Assembly: GCA_044376115.1 (NCBI GenBank)
Contig: JBILLK010000001.1
Location: 64,001-128,000, forward strand
Direction: 5' to 3'
From: Polyangiaceae bacterium
GTDB lineage: Bacteria > Myxococcota_A > Polyangia > Polyangiales > Polyangiaceae
Length of the DNA: 64,000 bases
Below the pieces are notes generated by a model. It made no database searches. It was not told where the DNA came from and saw nothing but the letters and a program-made list of their open reading frames with translations. The first letter of the stretch is position 1. Each line of letters opens with the position of its first letter. Positions 19,624 through 29,598 of the stretch are shown here, in pieces. The position numbers and the translations under genes are program-made.

Positions 19624-21051
19624 ATGCGCACCCTGAACAACCTCAGTCGTAGGCACAGCCGTTGGCTCGTGCCCGCCATCCTTGCCGTTGGTGGATCGCT
19701 GTTTCTCGTGGAAGACGCACAGGCAGCGGGCTTCGCCACCGCTCGCTTCGGCGGAGAACACGGCCATCCCACCACTGAAAATGCCACGGCCATCTACTAC
19801 AACCCGGCCGGTATCGCCGAAGACTCGCCCGACCTCGAGGAGAAGGATTGGCGCGTCAAGATCTTCGTGGACGGCACGCTAGCCCTCCGTTGGGCGAGTT
19901 GGAGCCACGTCGCAAGCGCAACCGACGCAACGGAACCAGCCGGAAAACCTGCCGCCAATTCGGGGGAGGCCACGTTGTTCAACGTCGCCACCGCTCCTAT
20001 GGCTGGCGCAACTTTTCAAATCGAGAATTTCGGGTTCGGGCTTGGTTTCTTCGTTCCGTTCGGCGGCGCCTCGTCGTGGGACAAGAACGAGAACTACAAG
20101 GATGACCCTGATTTCGCGGGGCCCTATGACGGCCCGCAGCGCTGGCACACGATCGATGGAACGTTGCGCTCGATCTACATCTCGGCAGCAGCGGCCTACG
20201 ACATCCTCGATCGCGTGAGCATCGGCGCGTCATTCAACATGATCCGCTCCGAGGTGAACACGGTCCGCGCGCGTGAGCCCTCAGGCTCGAACAGCGTCAG
20301 CGGTGAGGGTCGTGCGCTCATCGACGTCAACGGCTGGAACGCATCATTCGGCGTTGGTGTCATCGGTGAGGTGGCAAAGAACAAGGTTTGGATCGGTATG
20401 TCCTACCAATCTCAGCCCGGTCTCGGCGACATGGCGCTCGAGGGCACGCTCGACAGCAACTACGGTGGTAACACTAGCCAAGACAACATCAAGCTCATCC
20501 AAGCTCTCCCGGATATCTTCCGGATTGGCGTACGCGCCCGACCGCTCAAGACGGTCGAGATGCGGTTTTTTGGCGACTACACCAACTGGGGCACGTTCAA
20601 GAGCCAGTGCATCATTCCCGAGGCCGCAGATGACTGTCCCGTGAATGAGGACGGCAGCGCAGTGGAAGGAACCGCGAATCCGCCGCTTGTGAACATCGTC
20701 CGCAATTGGGGTCCCTCGTTTGGAGTTCGTGGTGGTGGCTCCTACTGGGTCGTTCCCGAAATCGAGTTGTTCTTGGGGGCTGGCTACGACTCAAACGCCG
20801 TGCCCGACTCAACCTTGGAGCCCGCGCTGACTGACTTCCAGAAGGCGTCGCTTGCGGGCGGACTTCGGTTCCAGGTCGGCCAAACCTTCGCTATGGCGCT
20901 GTCGTATACGCACCTCTTTTACATCGAGCGCGACACGGCCGGTGAGAGCGTGCTCCCGGGATTGCAACAACCCTCAAGAACGCCTGACGCGGGGGGCCAG
21001 TACAATCAAACAATCGGCGTAATCAACACGAACATTCAGCTCTCGTTCTGA
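19624..21051 (+). CDS. fadL: OmpP1/FadL-family outer-membrane transporter
   Basis: Signal peptide then AAGF, ATAIYYNPAGI, FGLGFFVPFG; terminal Phe. Confidence 0.88.
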   Translation: MRTLNNLSRRHSRWLVPAILAVGGSLFLVEDAQAAGFATARFGGEHGHPTTENATAIYYNPAGIAEDSPDLEEKDWRVKIFVDGTLALRWASWSHVASATDATEPAGKPAANSGEATLFNVATAPMAGATFQIENFGFGLGFFVPFGGASSWDKNENYKDDPDFAGPYDGPQRWHTIDGTLRSIYISAAAAYDILDRVSIGASFNMIRSEVNTVRAREPSGSNSVSGEGRALIDVNGWNASFGVGVIGEVAKNKVWIGMSYQSQPGLGDMALEGTLDSNYGGNTSQDNIKLIQALPDIFRIGVRARPLKTVEMRFFGDYTNWGTFKSQCIIPEAADDCPVNEDGSAVEGTANPPLVNIVRNWGPSFGVRGGGSYWVVPEIELFLGAGYDSNAVPDSTLEPALTDFQKASLAGGLRFQVGQTFAMALSYTHLFYIERDTAGESVLPGLQQPSRTPDAGGQYNQTIGVINTNIQLSF

Positions 21052-22181
21052 TGAAAGCAAAATCTCTTCTCTTCTCCTTCGCGGTTGCCATCGCGACCTT
21101 CGGCTGTGGCGACCCGAAGGGAAAGGTCACAGCGGACTCAGTTGCTGGTTCAAAGCCGAAGACATCGGCCTCGGCTGCTCCATCAGCTGTCGTTGTCCGA
21201 AAGCTGAGTCCCTTTGCCGAGGCTGCGCTGAAAGAGCTCGACGCGACGAAGCTCAATGACCGGGAGAAGGAGGAACTCAAGCTCCAGCTCGGTGAGGCGA
21301 TGTCACCTTGCCCCAACGTCCCCGTGCCACTAGCTCAATGTCTCGCTGAAAAGCGCGACTGTAAGTTGTGCGCTCCGGCTGGAGTGATGCTCACGCGCGC
21401 GGTCAGAGGTGGTCTTCCGAGCACCGAAGCAGTGAGCTTGATCGGGGCGCGATTCGACGCGAAGAACGTCAAGGAGATCACGCTCGGGAACGCGCCGATC
21501 AAGGGGCCGGCAGACGCGCCCGTGACGATCGTCGAGTGGGCCGACTTCGAGTGCCCGTTCTGTGCGGCTATGGTCCCCGTGATCGATCTGATCACGGAGC
21601 GATTCCCCGGACAGGTGCGTGTTGCATACAAGACGTACGCGCTGCCTGGTCACCCCCATGCACCGGAGGCGGCCTATGCCGCCCTCGCAGCCTACAGGCA
21701 GGGGAAGTTCTGGGAGATGCAACGCATGTTGTTCGACAACCAGAAGGCGCTCGAGAAGAAGGACCTCTTCAAGTACGCGCGTGAAGTCGACGTTGATTTC
21801 ACGCAGTTCAAGAAGGACTTTGAAGACGCTGAGCTGCGGCAGGCCCTCAAGGAGGACATCACCTACGGTGACTCGGTTGGGGTCGGTGGTACGCCAACGC
21901 TCTTCATCAACGGGCGGCTTGTTCCGATGGAGAAGCTCGCTCCGTTTTATGAGGAGTTCGAGGAGTGGGTGAAGCTCGAGATCGTCCTGGCCGGGAAAAC
22001 ACCTGCGGAAGGAACCGAGAAGTACCACTCGATGAAAAAGATGCTGATGGCAGCAGCTGAAGAGGAGGGCAAGTCGCCCCCACCCGATGCCTCGGCTAGC
22101 GCCTCTCCGAGCGCCTCTGCGGCACCGTCTGCCGCCCCTGCATCGTCCGCTGCCGCAAGCGCCTCGGCCTCGCCGAAGTGA
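21051..22181 (+). CDS. DsbA/thioredoxin-fold lipoprotein
   Basis: GPADAPVTIVEWADFECPFC and GVGGTPTLFING; TFGC lipobox; extra Cys-containing N-terminal domain. Confidence 0.9.
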   Translation: MKAKSLLFSFAVAIATFGCGDPKGKVTADSVAGSKPKTSASAAPSAVVVRKLSPFAEAALKELDATKLNDREKEELKLQLGEAMSPCPNVPVPLAQCLAEKRDCKLCAPAGVMLTRAVRGGLPSTEAVSLIGARFDAKNVKEITLGNAPIKGPADAPVTIVEWADFECPFCAAMVPVIDLITERFPGQVRVAYKTYALPGHPHAPEAAYAALAAYRQGKFWEMQRMLFDNQKALEKKDLFKYAREVDVDFTQFKKDFEDAELRQALKEDITYGDSVGVGGTPTLFINGRLVPMEKLAPFYEEFEEWVKLEIVLAGKTPAEGTEKYHSMKKMLMAAAEEEGKSPPPDASASASPSASAAPSAAPASSAAASASASPK

Positions 22182-22927
22182 AGGTTTCGGATCCGTGCGG
22201 CTGTTTTCCTACGGGGCGCCACTATCCCGGCATCGCCCACCTCATTCGCGTTCGCGCGGTTGGGGTGGTCGAGGAGATCCCACCGGAAGCAGCCTGGCTC
22301 GATCAGGTCATCGCCTTCATCGATACCGAAACGACCGGAAGAAATCCGGCGGTCGATCGCGTGATCGAGATTGGCGTCGTGTTTGGGCGCAACGGCGAGA
22401 TCTTCGACCGGCGCAATTGGCTGATCAACCCGGGTATGCCCATTCCCCCGGAATCAACCGAGATTCACGGCATCAAGGACGAGGACGTACGCAACGAGCC
22501 AACGATTGACACGATCTTCCCGGAGATCCTCAGTTGCCTCGAGGGCGCGATTCCCGCCGCCTACAACGCCGAATTCGACCGCAACTTCTTCAAAGCGGAG
22601 CTCGCGCGGTTCACCCAGACGCGACAGATGGACAAGCTGCCGCCGGCCTTCCGCAAAGAGGTGGAATGGCTCGATCCTCTCGTCTTTGCGCGGGAGATCT
22701 ACAAGGACGAACAGAGTCGCGCGTTGGCGGACATGGCAACCCGGCTCGGCATCGAGCTGGAGAAGGCGCACCGTGCGATGCATGACGCCGAGGCCGCCTT
22801 GCGAGTCTTGTACGCCTTGGCCAAAGATCCGCGACTTCCGCGTGGGTATGCTGCGCTCTTGCAAGAGCAGCGTCGATTGGGGCGCGTATTCGAGGAAGGT
22901 CGGCGCTTCTGGCGCAAGCCTTCGTAG
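22178..22927 (+). CDS. DEDDh 3'-5' exonuclease (DnaQ/epsilon-like)
   Basis: DTETTG, YNAEFD, HRAMHDA motifs intact. Confidence 0.92.
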   Translation: MKVSDPCGCFPTGRHYPGIAHLIRVRAVGVVEEIPPEAAWLDQVIAFIDTETTGRNPAVDRVIEIGVVFGRNGEIFDRRNWLINPGMPIPPESTEIHGIKDEDVRNEPTIDTIFPEILSCLEGAIPAAYNAEFDRNFFKAELARFTQTRQMDKLPPAFRKEVEWLDPLVFAREIYKDEQSRALADMATRLGIELEKAHRAMHDAEAALRVLYALAKDPRLPRGYAALLQEQRRLGRVFEEGRRFWRKPS

Positions 22928-22931
22928 GCGC

Positions 22932-23429
22932 GTGTCGGCGGAGAAACCCAGCTCAGGAAAGGTGGACGAGTCAGCGTCGTCCCCGAAGAAGATTCGGCGC
23001 TTGCCTGTGCTCCAAACGTCGAACGCAGCGACCGAGCCGGAGGAAGAACGCACGCCGTTGCAGTGGCTGATCATCGGCGGATTCTGCATCCTTCTCTGCT
23101 GGATTCTGCTTGCCGGCGTCGTGAACGCTTTTTTCCAACGTGTGGCTCCGCAGGCTTACTTCGGCGTCGCGCTGGGCAATGTGCTCGCCTATGCGCTCGC
23201 AGTGGCAGCGGGCAGCTGGCTTCTTGGGAACCGAGCGCGCGTGGTTTCGGCACGCAGCGCACAGGCCGTGGCAGCAATTACTGCCGGGCTAGGCATCGGC
23301 ATGAGCGTCGCATCATCCGAGGCTTCGCTCGATTTGTCCTGGCTGCTCTCGACGGCGATTTTGTTGTTCACCGCGCTCCTCGCAGCGCGGCTCGGTTTCG
23401 AGGTTGGGCGTCGACGAGCCGGCGTTTAG
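22932..23429 (+). CDS. Hypothetical membrane protein (about 4 TM)
   Basis: Hydrophobic C-terminal part of ORF 22506..23429; GTG 22932 follows the exonuclease stop. Confidence 0.65.
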   Translation: MSAEKPSSGKVDESASSPKKIRRLPVLQTSNAATEPEEERTPLQWLIIGGFCILLCWILLAGVVNAFFQRVAPQAYFGVALGNVLAYALAVAAGSWLLGNRARVVSARSAQAVAAITAGLGIGMSVASSEASLDLSWLLSTAILLFTALLAARLGFEVGRRRAGV

Positions 23430-23908
23430 CTGCGGCTGAGCTTCACCTTGGCCAACGGCAGCTCCGAGAAGACGAGGCCAGAGGCGGAGTCCCGTGCGTC
23501 TTCAGCTACGTCCAGAAGAGGCCGCAACATGAAAGCTCGCACCCCAAGGCGCGGATGCGGGACCGTAAGCGACTCGGTATGGATGGTTTCGCCTTCGATC
23601 CACAGGATGTCGAGGTCGATCGTGCGCGGACCGTTCTTGACGTCCCTGGTTCTACCAAGCGCGGCTTCGATCGCTTGAAGTCGCAGCAGCAGGTCTGGCG
23701 CCTCGATCGCAGTCAGCAGCAGCACCGCACCGTTTAGGTACATGCCCTGGGCCGGGCCCCCCTCAGGCTCAGTCTCATAGATGGGCGACTGATCGGTGAC
23801 GTGGATGTCTGGATCTGCACGCAATGCTTCGAGAGCATCGGCGATATTTTGGTGCCGGTCTCCGAGGTTGGCCCCGAAGCCGACCACCACCCGACGGATG
23901 TGGTCCAC
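23426..23908 (-). CDS. folK: 2-amino-4-hydroxy-6-hydroxymethyldihydropteridine diphosphokinase
   Basis: GFGANLGD, YETEP, YLN, GPRTIDLDIL, LTVPHP. Confidence 0.96.
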   Translation of the reverse strand: MDHIRRVVVGFGANLGDRHQNIADALEALRADPDIHVTDQSPIYETEPEGGPAQGMYLNGAVLLLTAIEAPDLLLRLQAIEAALGRTRDVKNGPRTIDLDILWIEGETIHTESLTVPHPRLGVRAFMLRPLLDVAEDARDSASGLVFSELPLAKVKLSRS

Positions 23909-23981
23909 GATTCACCCTCTACTACAGGCCCGTCTCGACTTCGGAGCGAATCAACAAGCCGCCGAGGGGAAAACCACCTCG

Positions 23982-24290
23982 CTAGGCTGCAACGTCCTCT
24001 TTTCGGCGGCCACCCAGCCGTCGGCCCTCGGGTCGAGGCGGGAAGATACGCCGATCGTCGTCGCGTCTCCGCTCAATAACCGAACGCCGCGCGGGTTGCT
24101 CGGCTTGTTCAGGCTCCACAAACAGGCGCCGAAGCTGCTCGAACGTCTTGGGCATACTGCGAGCAACCACCGCGGAGTGGGCGCGACACAGCAGGATCGT
24201 CCGACTCTCGATCACGACACGGCATAGCTTAGCGCTCGCGAGAACCTCGCGACACACAGCACAGGGCGCCTCAGACTGCCTTCGAGCCAT
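23982..24290 (-). CDS. Small hypothetical protein (CxxC...CxxH, Arg-rich tail)
   Basis: Fills the gap between gshB and folK on the same strand; CAVC and LCRAH. Confidence 0.55.
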   Translation of the reverse strand: MARRQSEAPCAVCREVLASAKLCRVVIESRTILLCRAHSAVVARSMPKTFEQLRRLFVEPEQAEQPARRSVIERRRDDDRRIFPPRPEGRRLGGRRKEDVAA

Positions 24291-24342
24291 GCGGGCAAGA
24301 GAGCAGAGGCTGAAGCGCCCGTACAACTTTCCTGCAGACTCT

Positions 24343-25293
24343 TCAGGCGCGCTGTGTTGCCCGCTTTGACTCGACCCACTCGATCACCTTCGCGGCGGGC
24401 TTTGTCCCGGTGAAGCGCCCCAACTCTTGAATCCCCGTTGGGCTTGTCACGTTCACCTCCGTGAGATGCTCGCCGATGACATCGAGCCCTACGAAGTTGA
24501 GACCGTCTGCAACGAGACGCGGACCGATGGAGCGTACGAGTTCCTGTTCACGCGGAGTCAGCTCGGTCTTCACGACGCTGCCACCGACGTGAATGTTTGA
24601 GCGGATGTCGTCAGCGCGCGGCACCCGCAAGATGGCACCAAGCGGCTTACCTTCGAGCAAGAGGATGCGCTTGTCACCGACGGACACGGCGGGCAGGAAG
24701 GCCTGGACCATCGCCAGACGCTTCCCCTCGAAGGTCAGCACATCGACGATGCCACGCGCGTTCTTATCGTCTTTGAAGAGCGTCAAGACGCCTACGCCGC
24801 CGGCACCGTCGAGCGGCTTGATAACCGCACGACCTCCCACCTCGTCGACGAAAGCCAGGATCGTCTCGCGATCGCTGGTAACCATCGTCTTCGGCATCCA
24901 CTCGGAGAAGTGCATCGCGTAGAGCTTCTCGTTGGCGTCTCGCAACCCGCGAGGGTCATTGAGGATCACGGGCCCACCCCGCACGTGCTCGAGCAGCAAC
25001 GTCGCGTAGGAGTACGCACGATCAAAAGGCGGATCCTTCCGAATGAACACCGCATCCACGTCGTCGAGCGATACCTCGGCAGTGGTTTCGCCTAAGCGGA
25101 TCCGCGGTTCTTCCGCGAAGGTCTCAATCGACCTGACCCTAGCGAAGGTACGCCCAGCACGAACGCCAAGCTCGTGAATGAGACAGTGAAGCGACTGGTG
25201 GCCACGTTCCTTCGCCGCTTCGATGAAAGCGAAGGTCGTGTCTTTGTCGGGGTTGACCCTGTCCAGGGAGTCCATCAGAAAGAGAAAACGCAT
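24343..25293 (-). CDS. gshB: Glutathione synthetase
   Basis: KDTT, RKDPPFD, NEKL, KPLDGAGG, GDKRI, RSNIHVGG, TEVNVTSPTG; GGAGG SD. Confidence 0.96.
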   Translation of the reverse strand: MRFLFLMDSLDRVNPDKDTTFAFIEAAKERGHQSLHCLIHELGVRAGRTFARVRSIETFAEEPRIRLGETTAEVSLDDVDAVFIRKDPPFDRAYSYATLLLEHVRGGPVILNDPRGLRDANEKLYAMHFSEWMPKTMVTSDRETILAFVDEVGGRAVIKPLDGAGGVGVLTLFKDDKNARGIVDVLTFEGKRLAMVQAFLPAVSVGDKRILLLEGKPLGAILRVPRADDIRSNIHVGGSVVKTELTPREQELVRSIGPRLVADGLNFVGLDVIGEHLTEVNVTSPTGIQELGRFTGTKPAAKVIEWVESKRATQRA

Positions 25294-25320
25294 AGGAGCC
25301 TCCGCTCTTCGCTGTCCGAC

Positions 25321-27102
25321 ATGCTTCATCGCACCCTCCCTCGAGGACTACAAGCCAAAGCCACACACTTCGGTTCGGCGCCTTTGGTCGCTCGTGCGGC
25401 GTTTGCTCTCTGCCTCGCGTGCTCGGGCCCAACACCAGCTCGTCCAACGGTCGAAGTGTCCGCCTCGAGCGCGACCAGGTCGGCCAGTGAGCAACGCCCT
25501 CCCCCGCCACCGGCGAAGACGGTTGAAGTCTTCGCAGTCGCGGCAGAGAACAGTCACGCTGTTGATGCAGCTCGCGCCGTCCTGGTTGAAGGTGGCAGCG
25601 CGGCAGACGCAACCATCGCCGGCATACTGGTGGGCTGCGCAGCGCATGCGTCGTCGTGCGGGTTGGGCGGCGGTGGCGCGGCACTGCTTTTTGACGCGGC
25701 GAGCTCGCGTACGCGTGCGCTCGACTTCCGCGAGACAGCACCTGTTGGGCTCAAGCGCAACGACCACATCGGCGCGCCGGAGTCGGCCAAGCGAGGCGTC
25801 GCTGTAGGGGTTCCCGGGTTAGCGGCCGGTCTTCGTGCCCTGCACCGACTTGCTGGGAAGTTGGAGTGGCGTCGACTGACGGAGATCGCGGCGCTCAAGG
25901 TCGAAGGCGGACTTGAGCTCTCCCCCTACATGGCGCAGGCGTTGGTATGGAACCAAGCTTGGCTCGCGAACGAACCTGATCACCAGGTATTGGGCCCCGA
26001 TAACGCGAGCGATTCGGTTGGAAAGAAGTTCTTCAATCCGCCGCTCGCCGCAACGCTAAGAGCGCTCGGTGAAGGAGAGCGGGCCTTCTATGAAGGTCCC
26101 ATCGCGGCGGAGGTGGTGCGCGCTGCGAAAACGTATGGCAGCCGGCTCGCGCTCACCGATCTCCAGGCCTACGCGGCGATCGAAAGAGAGCCCGTGGCGA
26201 TCGACTATGGTGGTTTCACGATCGCCTCCATGCCTCCGACGTCGGCTGGCGGCGTAATCATGCTCGCGATGCTCAACATGCTACCGCCTTCGGAGCTCGC
26301 GTCACTCGAGCCGGCGTCGGGAGCCTTCCTTCACGTTCTCGCCGAAGGGCTGCGCGCAACCTACGCAGAGCGCGCGACGACGATTGGGGATCCTGACTTC
26401 ACCAAGAGCGACTTCACGGCCCTATTCGATCGGCAGCGAATGGCCGAAAGGCGAGCGGCGATCGATCTGAAGAAGACGCGCATGCCAAAACTTCCGAGCG
26501 TCTCGGAGAGTGGCACCTTCAGCATTGTGGTCGCGGACTCTGCGGGAAACGTGGTCTCGCTCAGCGCCTCCCTCACCAGCATGTTCGGCGCAAAGATCAT
26601 CACCAAGGGTGGCTTCGTCTTAAATGACGCGCTCTCTGAGTTCTCCATGGATGACTACGGGATGCGGGCTTTCACGCGAGGTCCAAACTTTCCCCGAGGG
26701 CGAGCTCGCCCTGTGTCGAACCTCGTACCGACGATTGTGACCAAAGACGGAAGAGCCACACTGGGCGTCAGTGCGTCAGGTGGGCTGCGTGGGACAACAG
26801 GCCTAACCCAGGTCTTGCTGGCTCACCTCGGTCGCGCCGAATCGTTGAGTGAGGCCATCGCGAAGGCGCGTATTCACGTCAACGCTGGCGGGGCGATACG
26901 GCTCGAGGAAGGCCTGATGGATCTCGTCGCCGACCTCACGAGCCGGGGTGAAACCGTCGAGCGGTCGCCTATCAGCTTCAGCGCCGTAACCGGCATCGCC
27001 ATCAACCGAAGCGAAGCCGGGTCGACCTTCACGCCGGTCTTTGACACCCGCAAGGGAGGCGCCGTTTCGGTTGAAAAGGCGCCTGCAAACGTAACCGAAT
27101 AG
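25321..27102 (+). CDS. ggt: Gamma-glutamyltransferase-family protein (divergent)
   Basis: GGSAADA, GLGGGG, DFRETAP, VGVPG, FYEG, PPTSAGG, VADSAGNVVS, DTRKGG. Confidence 0.85.
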   Translation: MLHRTLPRGLQAKATHFGSAPLVARAAFALCLACSGPTPARPTVEVSASSATRSASEQRPPPPPAKTVEVFAVAAENSHAVDAARAVLVEGGSAADATIAGILVGCAAHASSCGLGGGGAALLFDAASSRTRALDFRETAPVGLKRNDHIGAPESAKRGVAVGVPGLAAGLRALHRLAGKLEWRRLTEIAALKVEGGLELSPYMAQALVWNQAWLANEPDHQVLGPDNASDSVGKKFFNPPLAATLRALGEGERAFYEGPIAAEVVRAAKTYGSRLALTDLQAYAAIEREPVAIDYGGFTIASMPPTSAGGVIMLAMLNMLPPSELASLEPASGAFLHVLAEGLRATYAERATTIGDPDFTKSDFTALFDRQRMAERRAAIDLKKTRMPKLPSVSESGTFSIVVADSAGNVVSLSASLTSMFGAKIITKGGFVLNDALSEFSMDDYGMRAFTRGPNFPRGRARPVSNLVPTIVTKDGRATLGVSASGGLRGTTGLTQVLLAHLGRAESLSEAIAKARIHVNAGGAIRLEEGLMDLVADLTSRGETVERSPISFSAVTGIAINRSEAGSTFTPVFDTRKGGAVSVEKAPANVTE

Positions 27103-27125
27103 CACCTCCAGCGTAGACTAGAACC

Positions 27126-28133
27126 ATGAAGGACCCGCCCATCCTACCGAGCGAAATCACCGATGAGGCTGAGCTGGCCGAGCATCAATCTCGTCGCAAG
27201 TTCCTCAAGCGAGGCGCGCTCACGGTGGCCGGCGCTGCCGTGTTCGGTGGTGGGCTGCTCGCGATTTCGTCAAAACGCGGGACGGCCAAAGCACCGGCGC
27301 TCTCGAGTCTACCGGAGCTATCGGCAGCACCGCCCTCGAGTTCGGCGCCGCTTGCACCCATTGCGCCGCTCGGTCCGCGAGATGCGCTCACGAGCGTTGA
27401 AGACGTTACGACCTACAACAACTTCTACGAGTTCGGCCTCGACAAGAATGAGCCCGCGGAAAACGCTGGCTCGCTGAAGGTTACTCCGTGGTCGGTCGTG
27501 GTCGATGGGGAGGTTGATAGCCCGCGCACTTTCGGGATCGAGGATCTGATGGCAGCCTTTCCACTCGAGGAGCGCATCTACCGAATGCGCTGCGTGGAAG
27601 CTTGGTCGATGGTGATTCCGTGGCTTGGTTTTCCGCTCGCCGCCTTGTTAGCGAAGGTGAAGCCAACTTCGCGCGCCAAGTACGTCGCCTTCACCACGCT
27701 CCAAGATCCGGTGCAAATGCCGGGGCAGCGGTCCAGCGTACTGGACTGGCCCTACACGGAAGGACTTCGGATCGACGAGGCCAATCACCCGCTCACCATT
27801 CTCGCGATGGGGCTCTACGGTCGCGCGTTACCGAACCAAAACGGCGCGCCCATTCGCCTGGTGGTTCCCTGGAAGTACGGGTTCAAAGGCATCAAATCGA
27901 TCGTGAAGATCAGCCTGACCGAGCACCAGCCGAAGACTGCTTGGAACACCGCCGCCAAAGGCGAGTACGGCTTCTACGCCAACGTGAACCCAGACGTGTC
28001 GCATCCACGCTGGAGCCAAGCGAGCGAGCGCCGAATCGGGGATCTCGCTCGACGCCCCACCCTTCCCTTCAACGGTTATGCAGAACAGGTAGCTGGCCTT
28101 TACAGCGGGATGGATCTTGCGAAGTTCTTCTGA
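27126..28133 (+). CDS. msrP: Protein-methionine-sulfoxide reductase catalytic subunit
   Basis: Tat motif [51 protein letters not shown]. Confidence 0.97.
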   Translation: MKDPPILPSEITDEAELAEHQSRRKFLKRGALTVAGAAVFGGGLLAISSKRGTAKAPALSSLPELSAAPPSSSAPLAPIAPLGPRDALTSVEDVTTYNNFYEFGLDKNEPAENAGSLKVTPWSVVVDGEVDSPRTFGIEDLMAAFPLEERIYRMRCVEAWSMVIPWLGFPLAALLAKVKPTSRAKYVAFTTLQDPVQMPGQRSSVLDWPYTEGLRIDEANHPLTILAMGLYGRALPNQNGAPIRLVVPWKYGFKGIKSIVKISLTEHQPKTAWNTAAKGEYGFYANVNPDVSHPRWSQASERRIGDLARRPTLPFNGYAEQVAGLYSGMDLAKFF

Positions 28134-28752
28134 GCGTAAGGGCGACGAGTCTGCATCAATTCCGTGGGTGGTCTGGGTTGGCGGCCTGATGCCGGCCGCG
28201 TGGCTGGGCTTTCGCTGGACGCAAAACGAGCTTGGAGCGAACCCCGTTGGGGAAGCCCTCAATGCTTCGGGCGAGCTCGCGCTCAAGGCACTGCTGCTCT
28301 GTTTGGCCTGCACTCCACTGCGAGTCTTCGCCGGTGTGACGTGGCCGATGAGGGCCCGAAAGCACCTTGGCCTCTTGGCTGCAGCGTACGCTGGGATGCA
28401 CGCCTTTTTGTACGTCGGAGTGGACCACTACGGGGAGTGGGCCAGTTTGATCGGTGACATGTTGGAGAACCCCTTCATCATCGTGGGGTCGGTGGCGGCG
28501 ACGCTGCTCGTACCACTTACCGTGACGTCGTTCCAAGCCATGCGGCGAAGGCTCAAGCCTCGCACCTGGGTACGGCTGCACCAGCTGGTCTACCTGATCG
28601 GCGTTCTAGCGATTATTCACTTCGTGATGCGAGCCAAGAAGGACGCAACCGAGGCGTGGTTGCACGGCGCGGTGTTAGCGGTGCTGCTTGGCCTGCGCGT
28701 CGTGGATAGTTTCCTGCGCCGGAGCCGCAGGGCCCGCGCAGCACAGAGCTAG
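28117..28752 (+). CDS. msrQ: Heme-binding membrane subunit of MsrPQ
   Basis: LGANP, LACTP, RKHLGL..Y..MH, W.RLHQLVY..H; adjacent to msrP. Confidence 0.92.
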   Translation: MRSSSERKGDESASIPWVVWVGGLMPAAWLGFRWTQNELGANPVGEALNASGELALKALLLCLACTPLRVFAGVTWPMRARKHLGLLAAAYAGMHAFLYVGVDHYGEWASLIGDMLENPFIIVGSVAATLLVPLTVTSFQAMRRRLKPRTWVRLHQLVYLIGVLAIIHFVMRAKKDATEAWLHGAVLAVLLGLRVVDSFLRRSRRARAAQS

Positions 28753-28896
28753 GCCTTCCAACGGATTAGACAGCGCACGCTTCTTTTGGAGTGGGGCTTG
28801 CGAATGGCGAAGGCACGCGTAGTCTTCGCGGCGCTGACGTCACAGCAGCAAGCCACACGAAGTCGTGAGGCTTTCCACCACGAAAGAGGACCGAAC

Positions 28897-29475
28897 ATGG
28901 CTTTCACCCTTCCCGAGCTTCCCTTCCCCAAGGACGCGCTCGCTCCCCACATCTCTGCAGAGACTTTGGACTTTCATCATGGCAAGCACCACCAAGCCTA
29001 CGTAACCAAGCTCAATGAGCTAGTCGCTGCGGACGCTGGGCTCGCCGGCAAGAGCCTCGAGGACCTCGTGCGGACGACCTCCGGCGGCGTGTTCAACCAG
29101 GCAGCGCAGGTTTGGAATCACACGTTCTATTGGCACAGCATGAAGCCGCAGGGCGGCGGGGAGCCCACCGGGGACTTGCTCGCGGCGATCAACAAGGACT
29201 TCGGCAGTGTCTCGGCCTTCAAGGAGAAGTTCACCGCTGCCTGCATCGGCCAGTTCGGTTCAGGTTGGGCATGGCTCGTGAAGAACGCCGCCGGCACGCT
29301 CGAGATCACGCAGACCAGCAACGCCGGCTGCCCCCTCACCGAGGGGAAGACGCCCGTTCTGACCTGCGATGTTTGGGAGCACGCCTACTACGTCGACTAC
29401 CGCAACGCGCGCGCCAAGTACGTCGAAGCGTGGTGGAACCTGGTCAACTGGGACCACGCTGCCTCCAAGCTCTAA
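28897..29475 (+). CDS. sodB: Fe-type superoxide dismutase
   Basis: HHGKHHQAY, FNQAAQVWNHTFYW (AQ, Fe-type), FGSGW, DVWEHAYY; AGAGGA SD. Confidence 0.95.
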   Translation: MAFTLPELPFPKDALAPHISAETLDFHHGKHHQAYVTKLNELVAADAGLAGKSLEDLVRTTSGGVFNQAAQVWNHTFYWHSMKPQGGGEPTGDLLAAINKDFGSVSAFKEKFTAACIGQFGSGWAWLVKNAAGTLEITQTSNAGCPLTEGKTPVLTCDVWEHAYYVDYRNARAKYVEAWWNLVNWDHAASKL

Positions 29476-29505
29476 GTTCTGCTGTCTCTCACGATCAGCA
29501 ACGAC

Positions 29506-29535
29506 AACGGCGCCCCCTCGGGGACGCCGTTTTTT
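29506..29535 (+). terminator. Rho-independent terminator after sodB
   Basis: AACGGCGCCCC..GGGACGCCGTT stem followed by a T run. Confidence 0.8.
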
Positions 29536-29598
29536 ACTTACCGTACCTTCGCCCATGACGGGTGGCTGCCAGAGCCGCAGCCGCCAGAGCCGCAGCTC

